Source of the DNA: Hormiphora californensis
Taxonomy: Eukaryota; Animalia; Ctenophora
Assembly: GCA_020137815.1 (NCBI GenBank)
Contig: CM035357.1
Location: 4,216,001 to 4,280,000 of the forward strand
Length of the DNA: 64,000 nucleotides
Direction of reading: 5' to 3'
A program made the position numbers and the translations under genes. The number at the start of each line of letters is the position of its first letter. Position 1 is the stretch's first letter. Below are positions 11,442 through 36,799 of the stretch, one piece after another. The notes under the pieces were generated by a model. That model did not search any database and was not told where the DNA came from. It saw nothing but the letters and a program-made list of their open reading frames with translations.

Positions 11442-14361
11442 ATGTTGCGGATATCCCTTGTTATCCTTCTAGGACTTGTCTGTAAGTTCCTAATTTTCCA
11501 TACCCACTTGCTCCGATTTAAATCGGAAATTTGAACGTTTTGATTCCAAAATTTGCCGCAGCCGTAAAGTTACCTAGCTTTCAAAATCGGCCGCAAAGTT
11601 ATTAAATATTTCCCCTGCAGGTATTTCGGATGCGAGCACTGTAGATTGTCTTGCTGATAATACCACAAGCATCACTCCCGAGAGCGAAGCTGCTCAAGGA
11701 TGACTACGATTTTGATGTAAGAGACAGCTGTATCTATCTGGCGGTGCCGAACCGATCTAAGCGCACTGTCGACAATCAAATCGGAGTCTGCTTGGCAGAA
11801 CACCAATTTTCAGCAGATATGTTTTAATTTGTTAGGTTTTTAATAATAATCCGTGACTATTCCCTGAAGGACGAGCTGGCCAAGCTAAAAGGCATTTACT
11901 CTGGGAGTCCAGAGACTGTGTTGGGCTACAAATACGTGTCCATTCACCCCGTCAACTACAATGAAATCGAGGTATTGTGATGGTTGTTATAGCAGATAGC
12001 TGTCAGAGCATTGGTAGCTGTCAGAGGAACGATATTCATTATTCGTTTTATCATCATAACGGGTGGCAACTAAAAATTGTCACTAATTTCAAAAGGGGTA
12101 AATTCTACAGACATTTGACAATTTTTAGTTGCCACCCATTAAATGCAATTAGTTAGTTATAACGATACCTGATCCTGATCTCGGGCTGTTTCAATTAGCA
12201 AACATATGTATCTCTCTCAATCCAGGTCAACCCATGCTGGGAGGTATCGGGTAGTGTGGTAGGGCACAAGGTTATGCTGGTGGCTCAACCCTACCCCCTC
12301 GGAGAGGGATTCTGTGTGGATTCAAATATTGATGGGTTCTCTCAACTGTGCAATGTGGTATGTGCACTGTGCAGAGGATCATTCCCATCCCATTATTTTC
12401 ACTTTGATTTTGATTTGTCGCCCCAAACTAATAGTAGTTGAGTAAAAAAGGGGTGGACAGGTGGACTTCATGATCCCTCTCTACTCCTGCTCAGAACGAA
12501 TTCAAATACTGTCTTACCTCTCACCCCCAGAACAAGTTGTCTTAACACTCTTCACCCTCACAGAACGAATTCAAATACTGCGATGACGGTGTTGACGGTT
12601 CTACCTTCCAATTCTCCTGCTACCAACAGTCCTGCGAGAAACAGGGCGTCAACCTCTTCGTTAAGATGGTCGTCAGCGACTCTGATGATGCTGGTAGGTT
12701 GACATTTTACCTTTTATCCTGGGTCCAACGATAACCATGGTAACTCAGAGTTGGACAAACGGATAGAAACAATCCTTTAGAGTTGGACACACGGATAGAA
12801 ACAATCCTTTAGAGTTGGACACACGGATAGAAACAATCCTTTAGAGTTGGACACACGGATAGAAACAATCCTTTAGAGTTGGACACACGGATAGAAACAA
12901 TCCTTTAGAGTTGGACACACGGATAGAAACAATCCTTTAGAGTTGGACACACGGATAGAAACAATCCTTTAGAGTTGGACACACGGATAGAAACAATCCT
13001 TTAGAGTTGGACACACGGATAGAAACAATCCTTTAGAGTTGGACACACGGATAGAAACAATCCTTTAGAGTTGGACACACGGATAGAAACAATCCTTTAG
13101 AGTTGGACACACGGATAGAAACAATCCTTTAGAGTTGGACACACGGATAGAAACAATCCTTTAGAGTTGGACACACGGATAGAAACAATCCTTTAGAGTT
13201 GGACACACGGATAGAAACAATCCTTTAGAGTTGGACACACGGATAGAAACAATCCTTTAGAGTTGGACACACGGATAGAAACAATCCTTTAGAGTTGGAC
13301 ACACGGATAGAAACAATCCTTTAGAGTTGGACACACGGATAGAAACAATCCTTCAGAGTTGGACACACGGATAGAAACAATCCTTTAGAGTTGGACACAC
13401 GGATAGAAACAATCCTTTAGAGTTGGACGCACGGATAGAAACAATCCTTTAGAGTTGGACACACGGATAGAGTTGGACACACGGGTAGAAACAATCATTT
13501 AGAGTTCTAGTTGGATACACGGATAGAAACAATCCTTTAGAGTTGGACACACGGATAGAAACAATCCTTTAGAGTTGGACGCACGGATAGAAACAATCCT
13601 TTAGAGTTGGACACACGGATAGAAACAATCCTTTAGAGTTGGACACACGGATAGAAACAATCCTTTAGAGTTGGACACACGGATAGAAACAATCCTTTAG
13701 AGTTGGACACACGGATAGAAACAATCCTTTAGAGTTGGACACACGGATAGAGTTGGACACACGGGTAGAAACAATCATTTAGAGTTCTAGTTGGATACAC
13801 GGATAGAAACAATCCTTTAGAGTTGGACACACGGATAGAAACAATCCTTTAGAGTTGGACACACGGATAGAGTTGGACACACGGATAGAAACAATCATTT
13901 AGAGTTCTAGTTGGATACACGGATAGAAACAATCCTTTAGAGTTGGACACACGGATAGAAACAATCCTTTAGAGTTTGTGTAACGACCATTGTCACGCAT
14001 ATCAACCATGGGATGATGTTATTTTTGAGTGAAGAGACTTCGATAAGGCCACTTAGGACATGTGTTGCCTCTTTTTGCGCCCACGAAGGAGCTCCATCCC
14101 ATGACAACCAGTTATAAGTTTTTCATCCAATACCAATTGCTACCCTCTCTTATAACTTCAGGTGAAATTGAGTATTGGTGTGACAGTACTAACGACACCT
14201 ATCCCTCATCTCTGATCCGCTCTAGGCCGGAAGTCCAGCCTGCCTATGAAGGACAGGACCCCTCTCAGACGAAGGAGAAATACGATAGTGGAGATATCGC
14301 TACAAAAGTGAGCCTTCTGGCTCTCGTTCTGGGACCACTCTTCCTGTCCCTCTTCTTCTAA
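11442..14361 (+). CDS. Secreted, probably GPI-anchored Cys-containing protein of unknown family (~232 aa; one +1 frameshift in exon 2)
   Basis: Exons 11442-11481, 11621-11716, 11870-11971, 12226-12357, 12564-12693, 14162-14361 with consistent phases apart from one extra base in exon 2. Signal peptide MLRISLVILLGLVCISDA; C-terminal hydrophobic tail DSGDIATKVSLLALVLGPLFLSLFF with no cytoplasmic domain. Confidence 0.75.
12061..12137. mobile_element. Small hairpin MITE
   Basis: 22-bp perfect inverted repeat GGGTGGCAACTAAAAATTGTCA / TGACAATTTTTAGTTGCCACCC inside an intron. Confidence 0.7.
12747..13976. repeat. 32-bp intronic minisatellite (AGAGTTGGACACACGGATAGAAACAATCCTTT)n
   Basis: About 38 near-identical head-to-tail units with no spacers; a recurring deletion/variant block near 13465, 13745 and 13865. 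Confidence 0.95.
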
Positions 14362-15015
14362 ATTAGTACTTGATAAACGTTCTAGAGTTTGAAAACAATG
14401 CCTTTTTAATGAGAATAATTATGTATTGAAATTAGTTTTATAGTATCCCAAATATTATAATAGCGAACAAGTTTTATTTTCACCAGCTGGCGTGCTCATG
14501 GCTTCGTCACAGCTATTCATTATCACTCCCCCACAAGTTCTAAATATTTTTTCATTCTTCGCTGGTCCATCTGTTCAAATGATCTAATATGTCTTGATCA
14601 TGTCTTAAACTCTCAAACTCATCTTTTCTCTCTCTCTCTCTTTTCTTCCCATTTTCTCTCTTTTCTCTCTTCTCTCTTTTTTTCTCTCTCTTTTGTCGCC
14701 AGTAACTGGACTGAGTGCTGGAACAGCTGTGGGTTTTCGTTCCGGAATAGGTACTTTAGCGGGAGAAAGAAAGGAGAATGAAGTAGAATGAGAGAGAGAG
14801 AGAAAGAAAGGGAGAGAGAGAGAAAGAAAGGGAATGAGGTAGAAAAATGAAGATTGAGCAATTATTTCTTGTTATATTCCCATTGTCCTGGACCCCATCA
14901 TCATCAATAAGGCAGGTGTAGCACTTCAAAATTCATCCTTTAACCACTTGTTTGCCATTATACCTGCCCCTTTGTGACGCGTGCTCCCCATTGTCTCCAG
15001 CCCCCGGTGCTACAA

Positions 15016-15022
15016 TATAAAA
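15016..15022 (+). promoter_or_regulatory. Candidate TATA box of the MACPF gene
   Basis: TATAAAA ~120 bp upstream of ATG 15135. Confidence 0.4.
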
Positions 15023-15134
15023 TCACCCATCATCACCTCTCAATCACTAATCTTGTTGAGTCCACCGGCCCTTTCTCAACAATAATATAACTAATCTTGT
15101 TGAGTCCACCTCTCACTCAACAATAATCATCACC

Positions 15135-17282
15135 ATGATCCGGACAACTCTCCTCCTTTGTCTCGCTCTCTCGGGATCCCAGGCCTATGAGCCTGACAAC
15201 ATAATGGGGGTGGTAACAATCAGTGATTACTACCCCACTAACAAAAAGGAGTTTGGTACGGGGTACAACACGGTAACTTTGCGGCGAACATACACCAACC
15301 CTGTGGAGGTTAGCACGGAACACTTCCTAGGAAATGGGTACATCAGCTGTGAGTTTGAGATTAAGCTCTGTAAAAGCCGGGAGGAGTTCTTCAGCTCAAT
15401 GTCAGGTGGTGTGTCAACTTCCGGGAGTTACATGGGAGTTGAAGGGAGTGCTTCGGTGAAATTCCTTACTGAGACGACCATTACAAGTCTTGATTCCGTT
15501 CTGATTGCATCTGTGGAGGCGGTAACGAACACGGAGTATGCCCCCGCCACGGGATATGTAGCTGATGCCCAGAAGTTACTAGATGAGGAGTTGTATGAGA
15601 GGTTCATTGAAACGTATGGAACCCACTACCAACGGAATATTATCTCTGGAGGTAAAATGATGTTGATAATGAAGTTCACGTCCAACTCAATGGAAAATAA
15701 GAGTGAGCTAGATAGTAAGCTGGGACTATCTACTGGAGTGTTTGGAGCGGAGGCTGAGTTTGCTGCTGCTATGAAGAGTGTGAAGGAAAGCAGTTCTATG
15801 AGCGTCAAGAGCTGGGCTAGTGGCAGTAATACGGAACCTCCTCAACCCAATGTTGAGGCATGCATCCAATACGCTATTGACTTTGCCAAGAGTGTCCTGG
15901 AGTACCCCGCTGTTAAGAAGTTGCAGTACACCGCTCTGTGGACTATACCTGAGACTCCAGCGGCCTTCAAACAGTTCATCTTTAGGAGACAAAGTGATAC
16001 TGATAAGGTGGTGAGGATCAGTGTGGCTCTACTAAACGTGGATAACAGGTAATCACAATGTACTATACCCCCTCCTTTAGAACTGGCGGTGAGAGAAAGA
16101 CGATTCATATAGTTATTCTTCTTTCTCTCACCGCCAGTTCTAAAGGAGGGGAGTATAATTATAGTTCCAAGTTAGGTCTTGGGAGTTCTGCCATATTTCT
16201 AGTGCAGTAGAAATGGTCTGTTGTTCTACACATATCCAAATATCTGAGAGGGATCAAAAGACTGCTATAACAGGAGTGATAGATTACTAACCACTAAACC
16301 CCACCTCCAGGTGTACTGATATGAAGGCGCTAAAGAAGGCCGAGATGTCCTTCATCACGGAGAGTGCCTGGGAGGACGTAGAGAGGATCCATAAGGAGAC
16401 CATCGCTGCCCGGACATCTGTCCAGAATCTCTTCAAGACTATCAAACCTACTGAGTTCGCTGAACAGATCATTGACAGGTATGTGTACATCAGGAACTGA
16501 CCGAAACAAGTAAACAACCAATCAGAACTCGTCATTTAGGTCACGTGATTGGTGATCAGCCAATCAGGGACCAGTATTTCCTGATTCGGTCGGTTCCTGG
16601 TGTGTGTACATGTGTGTTTGTACTTTGTAATTCTTGCAATGATCAGCATTGGCAGTCTCAAACGCCTCGATCAGTTAAAGTTAATCTTGAGAGTTCCTAG
16701 TGTTGTAGGACTATTTAATTGGGCACGTAAAAACTATTCCCTACTTTTATTCCAGGTACCAAGCAACTGCAGAGAAATTAGACGCCCAAATCGATGAAAT
16801 CTTGGACTCAGAGAGACGATTGGATTCCACCAAGTCCATGTTCATAAAAAGCGCGGGAACTGGAAAGTTCATCTCCACAGATGATGGTGGATATCCAAGA
16901 CTGGACTCCCGATCTCCCATTGCCATCAACATGCAAGGAACCAACGGAGGACTGAAGATTGTCATTGGTGGAAACCACTACACAACAATTCGGGCTAATT
17001 CGGACAAACGATACTCTCTCTGTATGGGATCTAACCTGTGGTACTGCTTCTGGGAGCGAGATCAAGACAGAAACCCCAGATGTCAGTGGAGACTGGCCCA
17101 CGCCTCCGATGTATCCTAAGTCTACCTTGGACTACGGGGATCGGCTGATCGTTTACAACAGATATTGGCCTAGTTACATTATGGGAGTTAGTGATGATGG
17201 TCAGTGGTTGGGGACGATTGAGGCTAAGTACTACGAGAACAAGAATCACCAGTGGCAAGTGGACAAGAGTAATCGAATTTAA
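15135..17282 (+). CDS. Secreted MACPF/CDC-family pore-forming protein with helical linker and C-terminal beta-trefoil/lectin-like domain (one +1 frameshift near 17111)
   Basis: Exons ~15135-16048, 16310-16478, 16756-17282. Signal peptide MIRTTLLLCLALSGSQA; MACPF signature YERFIETYGTHYQRNIISGG; two Gly/Ser-rich TMH-like segments; tail with CQWRL, LDYGDRLIVYNRYWPSY, HQWQV. Confidence 0.85.
16064..16157. mobile_element. Hairpin MITE, TA-flanked (Tc1/mariner-like)
   Basis: ~36-bp TIRs TATACCCCCTCCTTTAGAACTGGCGGTGAGAGAAAGA and reverse complement, in MACPF intron 1. Confidence 0.75.
16491..16599 (+). mobile_element. 109-bp CAGGAACCGACCGAA MITE (hAT-like)
   Basis: 15-bp TIRs; four copies in the window (16491, 53540, 59377, 61748). 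Confidence 0.85.
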
Positions 17283-17562
17283 AGATTTAAACAATTATTT
17301 TTGCTGAACATAAAATTATGATACGTCTGTTTGTTTTGTCTTCGTCAAACCGAATTTGAGCACGAATCAATCATTCAATCATAACATTTGATTTATTGGC
17401 TACAAATTAGCTAACTCAACTTCAATCTGCAAACACTTTTTCAAGAGTTATAGAGCTCAATTCTTTTTCACCAAAAGTTGTCCAGGCATTTCTTCAGCTC
17501 TCTCTCTTTCTCTCCCTTAATATCCATTTCTAAATCTGTCCCTCAAATGTTCTCAATTTTCC

Positions 17563-18060
17563 TCATTTGTATTTCCCTTTTTTAGGATCCTGGCTAGTTG
17601 GTTGTTGGGGCGGTGGGGTTGGGTAGGGAAACATGTTGGCATGAGAACCCACCTCAAGACTCATCTCCCACATCGCCTTCATCCCTTCTGCCATGGAGTC
17701 CTGGAGGGGAGAATAGGGAGGTACATTAGTCGAGTCCTGCAGGATAATTGAGGTAGCGGTGTTTTGATAGGGGAATAAGTAACATATAGATAGAGGGATG
17801 GTCTTGGAGGTAGAGGAGCTCCTCTCCAAATATTAACTTGCTCCATATTTGTTTTATGCAGGATACTCAGGGCCGCAAATTAATGGACCTATATGTATAG
17901 AAAGGGTGGGAGTACTTACCAGTATCTTCACGCCAACTGATTTTTCATCTTTCTCTGCAGTTTGAGTATCCTGGTCTTTGTTTTTATCTGGCGATTCCTC
18001 TTCCTCAACCTCGTATCTATTATCTCCAACTTGCTCTAACTTACTGTATTTACACGCCAT
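17563..18060 (-). CDS. Small two-exon orphan protein (92 aa, charged/Pro-rich)
   Basis: Exons 18060-17920 and 17700-17563 join in phase 0 via GTAAGT...TCCCCTCCAG; no recognisable domain. Confidence 0.45.
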
Positions 18061-18283
18061 TATACCAACTGCTGATTTAGGACGTGAATGGTTTTAAAAA
18101 TATCTAAACTAGTTTGGTAAATTGCTCAACAAGTAAAGTATGCCATCACAAACTGAAAAGTGATAAAATGTCAAATATAGAAAGGTGTGAGGACTGCTAG
18201 GGGAAGCAATTCTCATTACGTGTCTACAACATCATGCAATCGTTGAACGATGGAGAGGGAGAGTGACTGGGCTCGGGTCGGAT

Positions 18284-18497
<214 letters not shown>

Positions 18498-19186
18498 TCA
18501 GAGTGACTCAGACATTATACCCTTTATGGTAGCTGGAGTAATCTCCACCTGTCGAATGACGGGGGCTACTTTATATGAGTCGCAAACATTGCACCATAGT
18601 ATGACTTTGTCCGGACTAATCACCGGACTGTCATAATGTGGGGTGTGGTATGCCTTTAGAAAAGGGAATATCCCGTATAATACGCCATCCACAAGAACAT
18701 CAAGCATATCAAGTTCTTAAAATTAAAACAGCTAAAGAAACAGCTAAATGTAGAAAATAGTCGTGGCCTGAACCTGAGGTTCAGTCACGACTGTTCCCCC
18801 AAAGAAATGCAGATAAGAATTAATTGCTCAATTCCAACGATCAATAATATTAATGACTAGGCATTAACAAAAGAAGAAGAAGAAGTCGATGCTATTGATA
18901 AATTTTTGAAATTCCAATGCGTCTCAACCTAGCTCATCTCACTCTCGGTCAACAATGGATTTACCAGATAACCCATTGTTGACGAAAACTTGCAAAGTTC
19001 TTGTTTAGAACCTTTAGAATCTTTAGAACAATGCATTCGATGATGATCTTACCCCAGCTCGAAATTCTTCTCGTGTACTGTTACAGAAACAGAAACGGTC
19101 GAAAAGGACCATGGGAAAGTCTATAGCATATTTGGATGATGAGATTATGTTTATGAACTATTATGTGAGTACTGAAGCAGTATGAG

Positions 19187-19268
19187 TAGATGGGAACAGT
19201 CCCTTTTCGCCCCTGAAAATCAAATCATGGTATGATTTTCAGGGGCGAAAAAGGACTGTTTCCATCTA
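19187..19268. mobile_element. 82-bp hairpin MITE
   Basis: ~35-bp inverted arms TAGATGGGAACAGTCCCTTTTCGCCCCTGAAAATCA. Confidence 0.7.
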
Positions 19269-19441
19269 TTAGATATAGCCGTTTTACTTTTAGGGATCTT
19301 CCCGGCTATTGACTGACAATTTCTCTGAACTTTGTTGTTTCAGGGCTAAACAGACACGACTCAGGTCAGCGCGATGCCTGACGACGCCTTGATTGCAATC
19401 CTCTTTGGTCTGCCGGGTAGGAAACAACTGTTTTCCCAAGT

Positions 19442-19662
19442 GGGGGAAAGCAGTCGTGCCTGAATCTCAGGTTCAGGCCACGGCTATTCATCCCTGAGAC
19501 CTGAGAGCTTAGGGCTGTTTTTGGCTATTCCCTAAAAGTTTCTCTGAAATCTTAGGAAATAGCCGTCGCTATGATCCCTAAGATCTCAGGTCTCAGGAGT
19601 AAATAATAAATACTAAATCGCCGTGGCCTGAACCTGAGATTCATGCACGACTGTTTTCTCCC
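19442..19662. mobile_element. Palindromic MITE (CAGTCGTGCCTGAATCTCAGGTTCAGGCCACGGCTATT family)
   Basis: Nested inverted arms; related fragments at ~5655-5745, ~7471-7520 and ~18756-18800. Confidence 0.7.
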
Positions 19663-21242
19663 TGGCCCCTGGGTCTGATAAAGGATGACATAATGAGAGA
19701 GTAAAACGAAAAGCTCGACAAAATGGGTTGCGTGTAATTCTCAGTGAGGTCTTTAGCTGCAGCACCTGCTACCATGTGTGTGTGGGACAGGGGACCAGGC
19801 AGGGCCATTACATATTACATTGCTATAATAGCCATGATAGGTGTTAGATAGAGATGAATATTACATGAGAAAGTACATCTAGTGGAATGAGGATCTGCTA
19901 CGAAATCTAGACGGGTGGCTTTTAGATTTTAGAAGCTCGAGAAGGATAAAACTTAGAAGTTGCAAAGAATTTAATTGAGGAGATAATGTCATAGAAAGGA
20001 ATTGAGAGAGGTGAGATATGGAGAGGAGACCATCTGGCAGCAACCTATATACGCCGAATACGCGGCCGTCACACATACACAAATCTCCAAATTTCATCGA
20101 TATCTGGTTGAGATCAAGTTTCTAAAATAAAATTAAAGCATCATTTAACGTCAGAATACTGTCGAGTGTCGACTAGTTGTAAATGAGATGAAGCAATATG
20201 GTGTCAGTTGTTTATCGTGAACGGATTGGAGTGATTTTTAGGGAATTTCATGACCTAGGCTGTAGAGTGTAGAGTGTAGACTGTAGAGTGTAGAGTGTAG
20301 ACCCGCTACTTATTTGAGTTAGTTACTCGACAACTACTGAGAGAGAGGGACGATAGACGCTAACGAAGCACCATTCTGTTCTCTTGGTAGAGTAGTAGAG
20401 TACGTCGGCTTAGTAATAGTATCACCAACCAACCATGAACCAACTACTGAGAGGGACTGTCAGGAGAGGGATAGAAAATGAATAGAAAATGAAAGCAATA
20501 AAGTTCATAACCAGACATAAAGATAACTATACAACGTATACTCTCAATACTCTTGCTGGTATTAAACACTTGCTATACATTACAATTACATAGAGCTGCT
20601 AGGGAGAGCATTGAGCAATGCGATCATCTTCAAGGGGAAAAGCTGGGAGAGAGAAAAAGAGAGCTACACTGCAGATCAAGTACATTGGTACACTGGTACA
20701 ACTACGAATCACATGGAATATTAGTACACTATTCAAGTATTGTATATGTAATGTGTAGTACTCAGTATAATGAGCTAACAATAACATAACAACTAATACT
20801 TATCAAGGACGTTAACTGGTCAGCTGTCAATTTAAATGGCAACTCTTGAGATATTAGTGGATAGTACTCGGCAACATGTACGGTGTAGTGGCATGATGTA
20901 CCCTCGCGAGAGTACACTGTACTGAGTACAGCGCAGGAAGGAGAGAGAAGGGGGAGTGGGGACCCCATCTCGACTGTTATGTACTGGACCTGTTTAGAGT
21001 CCCTCTAACCCGGGCTAGTATAACAACAGTGTACACTACTGCAGCAGTGTGATAACTACTCGGCACTCGGCAGAGTGGAGAGAATGGAGAGATCAGAGTA
21101 AAGAAGAGAGAACTCAATCTCTGTCTCTCTCGATCTCTGTCTCCCTCTGTCTCCCTCTCTGTTAGCGTGTACATACATGTCAGACGTATGAAGCTTCCTT
21201 GTTATATTCTAACCCTAGGCCTCCTTTATATTTGTAAAAGAG

Positions 21243-22350
21243 GGTAAACAGGTGACAGGTAAACAGGTGACAGGTAAACTGGTGACAGGTAAACAGGTGA
21301 CAGGTAAACATGTGATAGGTAAACAGGTAAACAGGTGACAGGTAAACAGGTGACAGGTAAACAGGTGACAGGTAAACAGGTGACAGGTAAACAGGTGACA
21401 GGTAAACAGATGACAGGTAAACAGGTGACAGGTAAACAGGTGACAGGTAAACAGGTGACAGGTAAACAGGTGACAGGTAAACAGGTGACAGGTAAACAGG
21501 TGACAGGTAAACAGGTGACAGGTAAACAGATGACAGGTAAACAGGTGACAGGTAAACAGGTGACAGGTAAACAGTTGACAGGTAAACAGATGACAGGTAA
21601 ACAGGTGACAGGTAAACAGGTGACAGGTGACAGGTAAATAGGTGACAGGTAAACAGATGACAGGTAAACAGGTGATAGTTAAACAGGTGACAGGTAAACA
21701 GGTGAACAGGTAAACAGGTGACAGGTAAACATGTGACAGGTAAACACTAAACAGGTGACAGGTAAGCAGGTGACAGGTAAACAGGTGACAGGTAAACAGG
21801 TGACAGGTAAACAGGTGACAGGTAAACATGTGACAGGTAAACAGGTGACAGGTAAACATGTGACAGGTAAACAAGTGACAGGTAAACAGGTAAACAGGTG
21901 ACAGGTAAACAGTTGACAGGTAAACAGTTGACAGGTAAACAGGTGACAGGCAAACAGGTGACAGGTAAACAGGTGACAGGTAAACAGGTAAATAGGTGAC
22001 AGGTAAACAGATGACAGGTAAACAGGTGATAGTTAAACAGGTGACAGGTAAACAGGTGAACAGGTAAACAGGTGACAGGTAAACATGTGACAGGTAAACA
22101 CTAAACAGGTGACAGGTAAGCAGGTGACAGGTAAACAGGTGACAGGTAAACAGGTGACAGGTAAACAGGTGACAGGTAAACATGTGACAGGTAAACAGGT
22201 GACAGGTAAACATGTGACAGGTAAACAAGTGACAGGTAAACAGGTGATAGGTGACAGGTAAACAGTTGACAGGTAAACAGTTGACAGGTAAACAGGTGAC
22301 AGGCAAACAGGTGACAGGTAAACAGGTGACAGGTAAACAGGTGAGAGGTA
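21243..22350. repeat. 15-bp satellite (ACAGGTGACAGGTAA)n with higher-order duplication
   Basis: About 1.1 kb array; the variant block starting near 21635 is repeated near 21990. Confidence 0.95.
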
Positions 22351-22741
22351 AATGCAGTTTATGTTGATAGGTGACAGATAAAGCAGTTTGTTTCTCGTAG
22401 GTGTAACACTTGATTATTGTCTAATTTTGTTGTTTTTGTAAATAATTGGTGCCGTTAAAGGTCAAATAAGTTTTATAATGTAAATAGAGATAAAATAAAT
22501 TGGACTCATCTCATAAGCGCCAATTATCACGATAATTAGCAAATGACCAACACACGCAACCAAATAATACTCGTGAAACAATAAAATAGTGATAAAAACG
22601 CGTGCCCTCTGCAGAAGCCTATAATACTAGGTGGAAAATGAATAATTCATTTTCCGATGACTATAGGCCACAGACCACCACAGCGCTCTGTAGTGTGCGT
22701 GATGTTGTTTTAACAACTTTCAGTCCCGTACATAAATATTT

Positions 22742-36489
<13,748 letters not shown>

Positions 36490-36799
36490 ATTGGCACTTG
36501 TGTGAAGAGATGATATTTTAGAAGGGGGTTGTTAGATTTGCTGAAGAGGCTTGCCACTGTGTTCGTACGAAACACGGTTATTTTTGAAAAAAAATTGATA
36601 CTGTACACAAGATTGAAAAAAGGTATAAAAAATATATTACATTTTTACAATTATTACATCGGTGAAACAATCTTATTATATTATATCTTGTCATTTGTCA
36701 ACAATATCTGAGTTGTGCCTGTGACTGGTGCCAGTCACTGATATTAGGACATGCAATAACAAAGGATCTTATAGTGTATTGTTCATTGTTCGTATTTAA

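Noticed and set aside
11630-11644. ATG at 11630 with in-frame TAG (possible stop readthrough or nonsense allele)
   Set aside because: A better signal-peptide exon at 11442-11481 plus a single extra base explains the gene without readthrough.
12747-13976. CRISPR-like 32-bp repeat array
   Set aside because: Units are head-to-tail with no unique spacers, there are no cas genes, and it lies in a eukaryotic intron.
21215-22306. 363-aa Cys/His-rich ORF (FTCHL repeats)
   Set aside because: Open frame produced by a 15-bp satellite; no start context, splice support or unique domain.
36541-36580. CTGAAGA...CGAAAC hammerhead-like string upstream of ACTL6
   Set aside because: Stems I and II do not pair convincingly.
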